The notes beneath the pieces were generated by a model. It saw only the letters and a list, made by a program, of their open reading frames with translations, had not been told where the DNA came from and searched no databases. From positions 1-40,591 of IMG/VR virus record IMGVR_UViG_3300042347_001356: a stretch of 40,591 bases of DNA. One strand, written 5' to 3'. Of this stretch, positions 7,820 through 15,688 are shown in pieces. This stretch comes from a virus (lineage: Duplodnaviria > Caudoviricetes). Positions within the stretch are counted from its first letter, which is position 1. Each line of letters begins with the position of its first letter. Both the position numbers and the translations under genes were made by a program.

Positions 7820-9337
7820 ATGCTAACCCGTATCACCAACTACCTCAAAGCAGGCTACCCCTGCCTCTACCTCGTGAGCCACGAGGAAGCCCGCATCGAG
7901 CGCACCATCGCCGAGGCCGCAGGTGCCACAGACCGACTCCTCTTTGCGTGGGATATCGCCAAAGGCCGCCACGAAGTCATCGCAGGCACAGTCGAAGGCA
8001 TCACCGATCCCGTGGAAATCCTCGAATCCGTGCAATCCATGCCAGATAACAGCCTGCTGCTCCTGCGTGACTTCCACCTCTTCCTCACGCCTGACTTCCC
8101 AGGCTATGCCGTGCTCATCCGCCGTTTCAAGGATGCCCTCATCCAAGGCAAGGCACGCGGCATCACCCTGCTCATCCTCGCCCCCGAGCTAAAGATTCCT
8201 GTCGATTGCTCCAAGCTCATTACCCCTATCGAGTTCAGCCTGCCCGACCGCGAATCGCTCGCCATCGTGCTGCGCTCTATTGCCGAGAGCGCAGACATCA
8301 TGCTCCCCGAGGATCTCACCCCGCTCCTCGCCGCCGCATCCGGTCTCACCACCGGAGAAGCCGAGGACGCCTTCGCTCTCTCCATCGTGGAGACAGGCGA
8401 CATACGGCCCGACATTATCCAGCGCGAAAAAGCCAACACCATCCGCAAAAACGGCATCTTGGAGATCGTGGACTACCCCACCAGCCTCGACGGCATCGGT
8501 GGCTTGGAGAATCTCAAGGGCTGGCTCACCGATAACCGCCATCTCTACACCGACGCGGCCACCGAATTCGGCGCGATACCCCCACGCGGCTTCCTTGCCT
8601 GCGGACACCCCGGCACTGGCAAATCCCTCATCGCCAAAGCCTGCGGCAACATCTTCAACCTCCCGCTCCTCCGCCTCGAAGCAGGTAGCCTCTTCGGCAG
8701 CCTTGTTGGCGAGAGTGAGGGAAACTGGCGCACCGCCCACGCCACTGCCAAAGCCGTAGCCCCCTGCGTGCTTTGGATCGACGAAGTGGACGGACTCTTC
8801 GGCAGCAGCGGCGGCTCCACCACCGACAGCGGCACCTCCGATCGCGTCATCAAAGCCATCATCCAAGATATGCAAGACCACTCCGAGGGTATCTTCTATG
8901 TCTTCACCGCGAACGATATTGACAAGATCCCAGACCCCGTGATCGACCGCGTTATGACATGGCTCGTGGACTTGCCCCACCACGAGGAGCGCATGGCCAT
9001 CTGGCGCATCCACATCGCCAAACTGCGCGGACGCCAAGCCGCTCCATGGAACGCCGACGACTTCGACCTGCAACGCCTCGCCGAAGCCAGCGAAGGCTAC
9101 TCCGGTCGCCAGATCGAAGCCGTGTGGATGAATGCACTCGTCGCTGCCTTCAACGCCCAGCGCCCACCCACCACCGAGGACGCCATCGCCGCACTCTCCC
9201 GCACCATCGCCACCTCCAAGACCATGGGCGCAGCCATCCAAGCCCGCCGCGACCGACTCAAAGGCCGCGCCACCGAGGCCTCGCTCAAACCCACCGCCAC
9301 CGAAACCAAAACCCGCAAAATCGCCAAAGCCGCATGA
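7820..9337 (+). CDS. Ycf46-like AAA+ ATPase
   Basis: IGGLENLK, Walker A GHPGTGKS, SLVGESE, Walker B VLWIDE, TAN, GYSGRQIE; N-terminal SHEEAR and LLRDFH motifs. Confidence 0.9.
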   Translation: MLTRITNYLKAGYPCLYLVSHEEARIERTIAEAAGATDRLLFAWDIAKGRHEVIAGTVEGITDPVEILESVQSMPDNSLLLLRDFHLFLTPDFPGYAVLIRRFKDALIQGKARGITLLILAPELKIPVDCSKLITPIEFSLPDRESLAIVLRSIAESADIMLPEDLTPLLAAASGLTTGEAEDAFALSIVETGDIRPDIIQREKANTIRKNGILEIVDYPTSLDGIGGLENLKGWLTDNRHLYTDAATEFGAIPPRGFLACGHPGTGKSLIAKACGNIFNLPLLRLEAGSLFGSLVGESEGNWRTAHATAKAVAPCVLWIDEVDGLFGSSGGSTTDSGTSDRVIKAIIQDMQDHSEGIFYVFTANDIDKIPDPVIDRVMTWLVDLPHHEERMAIWRIHIAKLRGRQAAPWNADDFDLQRLAEASEGYSGRQIEAVWMNALVAAFNAQRPPTTEDAIAALSRTIATSKTMGAAIQARRDRLKGRATEASLKPTATETKTRKIAKAA

Positions 9338-9567
9338 GTTACAAAATCCAGATTCATTGCTACAAATACAACCCACAAAAGGAACACTGCGATGGAGTAG
9401 GTTATTGGAGCGATTATCCCGCAACCTTCGACTCCGAAGAAGAGGCAAACAAGGAAATGCAGGGAATGATCCGCGCCGAGGAGTGCTTGGGGGAAGGTTA
9501 TCGGCCCGGTGAAATCCGCGTCCGGCCTGCAACCGCCCCCGAAGAAGCTGAACCTATAAATCCATGA
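9334..9567 (+). CDS. hypothetical protein
   Basis: ATGA-coupled start MSYKIQ. Confidence 0.7.
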   Translation: MSYKIQIHCYKYNPQKEHCDGVGYWSDYPATFDSEEEANKEMQGMIRAEECLGEGYRPGEIRVRPATAPEEAEPINP

Positions 9568-9827
9568 AAGCATTCCCAACCATCCACCTCGGCGGCACGA
9601 CCGCGCCGCAACTTCTCGACGACTACGGCAAAGCCTACGACGCAATCGTTGCCGCCCGCGAGGCCTTTGAAAAGATCGAGTTCAACAGCCGTGACTACCT
9701 GCCCTACGGCAACAATGGCCCATGGCAAGATGCCCTCATATGGCGGGAGCGAATCACCCAATCCCTTGTCGATATCGAAGAATACCTTCTCAACCACCTC
9801 GAATCCATCCATGAGCAGAATCATTAA
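9564..9827 (+). CDS. hypothetical protein
   Basis: ATGA-coupled; PTIHLGGT...NSRDY motif. Confidence 0.75.
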   Translation: MKAFPTIHLGGTTAPQLLDDYGKAYDAIVAAREAFEKIEFNSRDYLPYGNNGPWQDALIWRERITQSLVDIEEYLLNHLESIHEQNH

Positions 9828-9830
9828 ACT

Positions 9831-10418
9831 ATGAAAGAATTGACCACAGAGAACACAAAGAGCACAGAGGATAAAAACTTAAACTACGAGCGCTCCCTCA
9901 CCGCCGAAAAGAAACAGCTTGAAGCTATTCTTCACCACATACCTGAAGCTCGCCTTGCAGGCCTGCCAGCGCTGACGCCACCTGAAGACGGATCTCGTAT
10001 CGATTCGCTGGCAGGTGTCCGCGTGGATGCAAAGTTCCCGCTGACGCTCACGAATAGAATCCGCTTGGCTTGGATGGCAATCTCGCCACGCACGCACGGC
10101 GTCCTTCGCTTCGGCTACGACGGAACAGTGTCCGTGGAGATAAATCAGGAGTCAAAACTTGTTTCAGCGAAGGTTTCAATGGGAGCCGAGGAGCTAACAA
10201 TAGACGAGACAATCGCTCTATGGAACGATACCCGAAAAGAGCGCGACGAGGCGATGAAGCAAAACGCCAAGCTCCGCGACATCGCGGAGAGGGCGGTTAA
10301 AAATATCAGAGAAGCAAGAAATCTCTCTGTCATAGGAGACTGGCGCGAAATTGATATTATTCAGGAAAAACTCCGCTCCGAACTCGACCAACTCAAGGAG
10401 GGTGAAAACTCTCCATGA
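9831..10418 (+). CDS. hypothetical mosaic protein with ERDEA...LDQLKEG module
   Basis: N-terminus LTTENTKSTE encoded by the inverted 9-mer repeat; C-terminal module shared with right-arm genes. Confidence 0.7.
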   Translation: MKELTTENTKSTEDKNLNYERSLTAEKKQLEAILHHIPEARLAGLPALTPPEDGSRIDSLAGVRVDAKFPLTLTNRIRLAWMAISPRTHGVLRFGYDGTVSVEINQESKLVSAKVSMGAEELTIDETIALWNDTRKERDEAMKQNAKLRDIAERAVKNIREARNLSVIGDWREIDIIQEKLRSELDQLKEGENSP

Positions 10419-10612
10419 GCCGAATCATTAACGACGACCTTGAGGAACTTGAACTGGAGCGCGTCGAAGCCGAGTGGCAGAGACTCCAACGCCGCTGGGA
10501 GGCGGCAACCGATCCCGCCGAGAGGCAACAACTTGCCGACCGCCGCGACGCCTGCCTGAACTACGAGCGCTACCTCCGCTCCATCCACAGCAACCCATTT
10601 GCTACAATCTAA
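10415..10612 (+). CDS. hypothetical protein
   Basis: GGAGG plus ATGA coupling. Confidence 0.7.
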   Translation: MSRIINDDLEELELERVEAEWQRLQRRWEAATDPAERQQLADRRDACLNYERYLRSIHSNPFATI

Positions 10613-10634
10613 AAATCCTTACCATAAGGATTTA
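10612..10634. promoter_or_regulatory. 23-bp palindrome, copy 8
   Basis: AAAATCCTTA CCA TAAGGATTTA. Confidence 0.7.
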
Positions 10635-10638
10635 ACCT

Positions 10639-10698
10639 CCTCTGTGCTCTCTGTGTCCTCTGTGGTTAATCAAAACTTAATCCTTAAAACTTAAAACT
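10639..10698 (+). repeat. 9-mer repeat followed by heptamer leader
   Basis: CCTCTGTGCTCTCTGTGTCCTCTGTGGTT then AAAACTTAATCCTTAAAACTTAAAACT before ATG 10701. Confidence 0.8.
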
Positions 10699-10700
10699 CT

Positions 10701-11309
10701 ATGCCCCACACCCACTGGCTCCGCAAAAACGGCACGATCGCCACGGCCCGCCGCTCCGCCTTGAGCGGCAAGACGCCTGCGGAACTCGTGCTCATGGCCG
10801 AGACACGCAAGCTCTTGCAGCTTCTCCTGCACAGCGAGCAGGAGAGCGTCAGCCCCGATCTACGCGCCGCGATCGAGGCCATGCTGCGCGCCCGCCTGCG
10901 CCGCACCGCCCCCTTCATGCCGCTCAACGACGAGCAGCGTATCGCTTGGCTCGATGAAGTCACCCACATCACCTGCCGTCTCGACCTTTGCGACTCCTTC
11001 ACCACAGGCTCGACCTACCGCGTCGCCTGCCAAGACTCGCCGACCTCCCACATCATCGACCGCCAGACCATGCACGGCGTCGCCGAGGAGGTGCTCATTA
11101 CCGGCAACGAATTGGTCATCAACATCGCCGATGACCACGCCCGCATCCACACCTTCTGCCACACCAGCCTGCCCGACGATCCAGGCATCCATGCCCGCCA
11201 CCCACTCGCGACCCTCGTCGCCCACTTCACCATACCACCAGCCCCCGACATTACCCAAGTCTACCCCTCCACCTACGCCAAGCTCAAAAACGAGCTTGCT
11301 GCGTTGTAA
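10701..11309 (+). CDS. hypothetical protein (202 aa)
   Basis: Heptamer leader, C-ending codon bias as in neighbours. Confidence 0.75.
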   Translation: MPHTHWLRKNGTIATARRSALSGKTPAELVLMAETRKLLQLLLHSEQESVSPDLRAAIEAMLRARLRRTAPFMPLNDEQRIAWLDEVTHITCRLDLCDSFTTGSTYRVACQDSPTSHIIDRQTMHGVAEEVLITGNELVINIADDHARIHTFCHTSLPDDPGIHARHPLATLVAHFTIPPAPDITQVYPSTYAKLKNELAAL

Positions 11310-11453
11310 AACGATTTTCGGTAGCCAGCAAGGCCAGTAAAGCCTCCGCCGCGTCCACGCAAACCCCGCCCGTATTGCCCACTGCAGGCTGCCTCCTTGA
11401 GAGGCAGGGGGATGCCGAAGACAGGCAAGGCCGAACACCCCATATGGCTCCCC

Positions 11454-12012
11454 GCGCGTGCGGGAGTAGTCGGCTTTTTATCGGATGAGCCAGCCCCGAG
11501 GCGATTCGCCCGGCCAGCGACAACGCGCACCGAGTATTCCGCAACGAAGCAACTGGCTCCGTTGATTCCTGATACGAGTTCTACCCAACCCCAACTCGAA
11601 TCCTGAATCGACTACACCAGGCTTCTTCGCGACCACTCCCGCGCGCCAAAAACTCACCGCGCACAGTCCTCTGAACTACTCCAACTTCAGGATGACGCCA
11701 CGAGTCCACCCAACCCCACTCGTGCGATCATACCTGAAGACTTCCGTGGTTCTCGCGACTACCCGTGCGCGCTAAACTCTCCGCGCAGTCAAATCGGATT
11801 CACTGTCTGGGCACCGCCCTGAACTGTCCTACCCAACCCCTTGCCAGTTCTGGAGCGGAGCCCAACAAAATCCTCGCGACTACCCCGCGCGCTAAACTCT
11901 CCGACAGCCAGCATACATCCCGGCGACGCGGCACTTCGTCGCCGGGCCTACCCAACCCCACCCGGCACTCCAACGCCGCGTCGCCGGTCATCTGCGACCA
12001 CTCTCCACGCGC
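11454..12012 (+). ncRNA. putative retron-type ncRNA: one 5' arm and msr followed by four msd-like hairpin units
   Basis: Arm 11454-11472 complementary to repeats at 11630, 11756, 11877, 11995; four long hairpins; retron-type RT downstream. Confidence 0.7.
11553..12012 (+). repeat. array of four ~120-nt units (variable stem, CYACCCAACCCC loop, GCGACYAC...GCGC repeat)
   Basis: Loops start 11581, 11706, 11829, 11948; repeat spacing 126, 121, 118 nt. Confidence 0.9.
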
Positions 12013-12035
12013 AAAACATTTAACAACAACAATCA

Positions 12036-12389
12036 ATGATCAAAAAATTAAAAAAACTCACGCAAATGCTATGCGATGAACTCCCAGTGCTATGCGCCGA
12101 CATGGAACTACTGCACGAAGACGATCCCGAGCGCGTTCTTTTCGGGTATTCGAATGGTTGGGCGACAACATTTTGGGTTGGGGAGTCAAGCCTCTCAACA
12201 AACTCCAAAGGCCGACCACTTCGGGGCATTAAATTCTGCCATGTTTACTGCAAAAACGGCACTCCAGACTATGAATCCGAAGAGACGAGAATTCATTTTG
12301 CCCCGACACCAGAAACAGCCCTCATCGCAGCAATGGTTGAGTGTTACAAAAGAGAACTTGAGCCAAACCTTGGAATAATCACGCCATAA
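12036..12389 (+). CDS. hypothetical protein between array and TGT-like gene
   Basis: ATG after A-rich leader; more AT-rich than neighbours. Confidence 0.65.
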   Translation: MIKKLKKLTQMLCDELPVLCADMELLHEDDPERVLFGYSNGWATTFWVGESSLSTNSKGRPLRGIKFCHVYCKNGTPDYESEETRIHFAPTPETALIAAMVECYKRELEPNLGIITP

Positions 12390-12396
12390 ATAAATT

Positions 12397-13458
12397 ATGA
12401 AAATCTATTTCTCCGGCATCGCTGGAAACAGCGAAGCCGAAATGCTTGCCCGAGCCGACATCTCGCAACTCCTCGCAGACCCCCACGATTGGAAGAATGT
12501 GCGACACCAATCCGCCGCCAGCGTAGCCATCGACTCGGGAGCCTATCGACAATGGAAGCTGAAAACCCCCATCACCGATCTCGACCTATGGGCTGAGCAA
12601 ATCAACCACACCCTCCACCTCTCCGAATCGCCACTTTTCCACGAATTCGACGGAAAGAAAAAAAATGCAGCAACCATGCGCAAGCTCGCCTTCATCACGA
12701 TGCCAGATGTGCTTGGCGATCCGCAGGAAACATGGGATCGCTGGCAAAATATCCGCGAGTGGTTCCAGTTTGACGGCAAGTGGGGCGAATACTATCACTG
12801 GACGGGTAAGATCATCCCCGTCTGGCAATGGGGCGGGCGCATCGAGCATCTCGAAGCATTAGTCGAATGGGCGCAAACCCGACGCCAGTATAATAAAGAA
12901 GACGCCCAGCTCCTCGGAGAGATGAACTCCCCCGAAGCGGATCTTATCGCAATCGGCGGATGCGTGCCGTGGATGCGAGCCAAGGATGAAGGCGCACTCG
13001 CCGAGTTGCTATCTCTCTCTCAACGCTGGGGCGAGCATTTCCACATATTAGGGCTGAATTGGCTCGACGCTATCATGCAGTTAGACCCATTCGTTGCTTC
13101 CTGCGACACCTCCAAGTGGCTCGACGGAGCACGCTACGGACTCTGGATCAACGATGCCAATGGCCGCCTCGTAGCCGAGAACAAGCGCACCTGTCCCCGA
13201 GGGCAATCCCGCCAGGATCTCTGCGTGCAATCCGCAATCACCCTCAACAACTGGATCAACAAACAGCTTCGAGGCACTGCCGCACCTAAGCCTGTCAATG
13301 TCCGCCACTACAACCTGCGCGAATTCGACCCCGAAAGCGCGCCGCGATTCAAGCCCAACGCCAACAAGCTCCTTCTCGCCCACTCCATCGCTGAAAGTAA
13401 AAAGCGACACGAGAAAGCTAAAGAAAACTTCATGGATGAACTGGCTTGCAGGAAATAG
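12397..13458 (+). CDS. TGT-superfamily (queuine tRNA-ribosyltransferase/DpdA-like) protein
   Basis: AIDSGAY, PDVLGD, IIPVW, IAIGG, HFHILG, SCDTSKW..GARYG motifs in TGT-barrel order. Confidence 0.7.
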   Translation: MKIYFSGIAGNSEAEMLARADISQLLADPHDWKNVRHQSAASVAIDSGAYRQWKLKTPITDLDLWAEQINHTLHLSESPLFHEFDGKKKNAATMRKLAFITMPDVLGDPQETWDRWQNIREWFQFDGKWGEYYHWTGKIIPVWQWGGRIEHLEALVEWAQTRRQYNKEDAQLLGEMNSPEADLIAIGGCVPWMRAKDEGALAELLSLSQRWGEHFHILGLNWLDAIMQLDPFVASCDTSKWLDGARYGLWINDANGRLVAENKRTCPRGQSRQDLCVQSAITLNNWINKQLRGTAAPKPVNVRHYNLREFDPESAPRFKPNANKLLLAHSIAESKKRHEKAKENFMDELACRK

Positions 13459-13460
13459 TT

Positions 13461-14432
13461 ATGAAAATCACCAAAATCCCCAAAGGCAATGGCAAGTTCC
13501 GCACGATCTATTGCCCAAGCCCTAGAGATAAGCCTCTCTTCAAAGGCATCGTCCACCATCTGAATGACCAAGCCATTGACCTCGACACACACAAAGTCGC
13601 CCATGGGTTCATGCCAGGCCGCTCGATCGTGACCAACGCCCTCGCCCATGTCGGCGACTGGCAGATTACCCTGCACTTCGACTTCGAGGATTTCTTCGAC
13701 TCGGTAACATCGGAAATGCTGCCAGACCCGCCGAAAATCATTGCACGCACTTGGTATAGGCAGAACTGCTTCCCCGACGGAGCCGCCCGCCAAGGTCTGC
13801 CGACCAGCCCCGCCATCGCCAACATCGCCGCTGCGCCATTTGATGCCGCCGTGATCGCTCTACGCGAGTCGCTGACCCCCAAGCGCCGTATCCTCGGCAG
13901 TCGCGGCCCCGCCTTTGTCTATACCCGCTATGCCGACGACCTCACCTTTTCCTGCAATAGCGAGGCCGTAGCCGCGAGGATTCTCAAAGAAATCCCCACC
14001 CTCGCCGCCGCGCATGGTTTTAAGATCAACGCCGCCAAGACCACTCGCCAGCACGCCCGCGCCGGATACCGCATCGTGACCGGCATCGCCGCGACCCCCA
14101 GTGGCATCCTGCCCACCCGCCAAGCCCGCCGCAAACTCCGTGCCGCCTCCCACCAAATCAAGACCGGGCTGCGCCGCCGCAACCTGCGCCGCATACTCAC
14201 CAAGCAGGCCGAATCCTACCACCGCGACGACCCCTTCACCATGCACCGCCTCGGCGACATCCTCCGCGCCCAATGGCGAGGCCTCGCCAGCTTCATCCGC
14301 CTCATCCCACCACACCACCGCACCGACCACCCCGTAAAAACCTCCACCACAACCAACCCGAACAAAATCCACAAACCCTCCGCCGCCATCCCCATGCCCT
14401 TCGGCATCTTCAATAGAAAAATCACAGCATGA
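13461..14432 (+). CDS. retron-type reverse transcriptase
   Basis: IPKGNGKFRTI, AHGF..GRSIVTNALAH (NAxxH), DFEDFFDS, QGLPTSP, YTRYADD, GFKIN..KT, RIVTG (VTG). Confidence 0.92.
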   Translation: MKITKIPKGNGKFRTIYCPSPRDKPLFKGIVHHLNDQAIDLDTHKVAHGFMPGRSIVTNALAHVGDWQITLHFDFEDFFDSVTSEMLPDPPKIIARTWYRQNCFPDGAARQGLPTSPAIANIAAAPFDAAVIALRESLTPKRRILGSRGPAFVYTRYADDLTFSCNSEAVAARILKEIPTLAAAHGFKINAAKTTRQHARAGYRIVTGIAATPSGILPTRQARRKLRAASHQIKTGLRRRNLRRILTKQAESYHRDDPFTMHRLGDILRAQWRGLASFIRLIPPHHRTDHPVKTSTTTNPNKIHKPSAAIPMPFGIFNRKITA

Positions 14433-14608
14433 GCCTCAATCAACTCTACGAAGTAACCATAAAATCCACAATCATAAAAACTTTCACCATCGAAGCCGAG
14501 TCGCGAGAAGCGGCGATCGAGGAAGCGAATGAGCTATTCAATCCCCACTCAGGAGAAGCAGAAGAAAAATACGAGCAAGAAGTCGTGAGGGTCAGCCCGC
14601 TACAATAA
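14429..14608 (+). CDS. small hypothetical protein (59 aa; TIEAESREAA motif)
   Basis: ATGA-coupled to the RT stop; read manually. Confidence 0.65.
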   Translation: MSLNQLYEVTIKSTIIKTFTIEAESREAAIEEANELFNPHSGEAEEKYEQEVVRVSPLQ

Positions 14609-14612
14609 AATC

Positions 14613-14894
14613 ATGAACACAATCCAAGAACACATATTTGAACACGCTAAAAGCACATCTCAGAGAAACCTCGCTACCGCCGACGCCACCGACGACCGCC
14701 TACCCAGCGAACGCGAAGACCGCACGGAGGGCATTATCATTATGCTCATCGCTGGCGGCAAGCAGGTTAAATCCGCCCAATGCGGATTCCGTCGCAGCAA
14801 AGAGGGCGACATCTTCTTTGAAGACTGGATCGCCAGCAGCGACCAAATCCAACTCATCCCCGTTCAAGGCGGCTCCCTTGAGGCCATAGCATAA
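14613..14894 (+). CDS. hypothetical protein
   Basis: ORF tiling. Confidence 0.6.
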   Translation: MNTIQEHIFEHAKSTSQRNLATADATDDRLPSEREDRTEGIIIMLIAGGKQVKSAQCGFRRSKEGDIFFEDWIASSDQIQLIPVQGGSLEAIA

Positions 14895-14913
14895 CTTAAA
14901 CCCTAATGTAAAC

Positions 14914-15201
14914 ATGGACTTCTTCAACACCACCCGAGGCGTTCGCCTTGTGGACGCCACGCTCCCCGCGCTGGTCGATCAACTCAAGCGACTCAACGAA
15001 AACATTTCCACCCCCAAGAAATACCAATACGCCACCTTGCCGATGGAGGATGTCGCCTCCGCCGTGCAGGTGCTCACCAACCCCGACGCCTACATCTCCG
15101 AAGACGCCACCACCGCAGCCCTCCGCGACCTCCTCGCCCAAGGCTACCGATGGGTTCGCCACGATGAGTATTGGGCCGTCTTTGAAAAAGAAACCCTATG
15201 A
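14914..15201 (+). CDS. hypothetical protein
   Basis: MDFFNTTRGVRLVDATLPALVDQLKRLN phage-type N-terminus. Confidence 0.7.
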   Translation: MDFFNTTRGVRLVDATLPALVDQLKRLNENISTPKKYQYATLPMEDVASAVQVLTNPDAYISEDATTAALRDLLAQGYRWVRHDEYWAVFEKETL

Positions 15202-15455
15202 TCTACGAAGTGCATCGCCCGCCAGTCGCTCCCACCATTCGCACGGCCAACATATCCCCCGCCAAGGACATGTGGGAATTCGGAGAAGACCCACGCCCCC
15301 TCGTGAGCGTGACCTACATCGACGGCACGAAAGAAGACCTCTTCCGCTACTACCACGACGAAATCTCTTTCGAGCCGAACGAGTTTATCGGCCTGACCCG
15401 CGAGCAAGCACTTCACCTCCACACTCAAAAAGACATCGCCTACCTCAAATCATGA
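15198..15455 (+). CDS. hypothetical protein
   Basis: LFRYYHDEISFEPNEFIGLT...KDIAYL conserved-looking small protein; ATGA-coupled. Confidence 0.75.
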   Translation: MIYEVHRPPVAPTIRTANISPAKDMWEFGEDPRPLVSVTYIDGTKEDLFRYYHDEISFEPNEFIGLTREQALHLHTQKDIAYLKS

Positions 15456-15682
15456 GCACCAAACCAATAAAACGCAGACCCAGCCCCATACTCGACATCT
15501 TCCCCGTCTCCGATATCGGCGCATCCGACATCGACATCATCATGCAAGCCGCCCGAGCCTTCCACATGCTCGCCGCCTACGACTCTCCCGATGGCCAGTG
15601 GATCGCCATCGCCACCGAGCAACCCACGAAAACACAAATTCGCAACTTCCTGAAAACAGCATTCAATCCCTCTTCCAACTAA
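15452..15682 (+). CDS. hypothetical protein
   Basis: ATGA-coupled start MSTKP. Confidence 0.65.
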   Translation: MSTKPIKRRPSPILDIFPVSDIGASDIDIIMQAARAFHMLAAYDSPDGQWIAIATEQPTKTQIRNFLKTAFNPSSN

Positions 15683-15688
15683 CATTTT

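Noticed and set aside
11553-12012. CRISPR array
   Set aside because: Repeats are short and degenerate, the intervening sequences are ~100-nt self-complementary hairpins with a shared loop, and no cas genes are in the window.
11273-12079. ORFs 11397-11606, 11765-12079, 11841-12023 and the - strand ORFs here
   Set aside because: Mostly non-ATG starts, no leaders and atypical composition; better explained as structured non-coding sequence.
12397-13458. Complete 7-deazaguanine DNA-modification cluster
   Set aside because: No preQ0 biosynthesis genes are visible in the window, so dpdA is not assigned.
13461-14432. DGR or group II intron RT
   Set aside because: Has retron NAxxH/VTG and QGxPTSP motifs. 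I saw no TR/VR pair differing at adenines, no Avd-like gene and no maturase/endonuclease domain.
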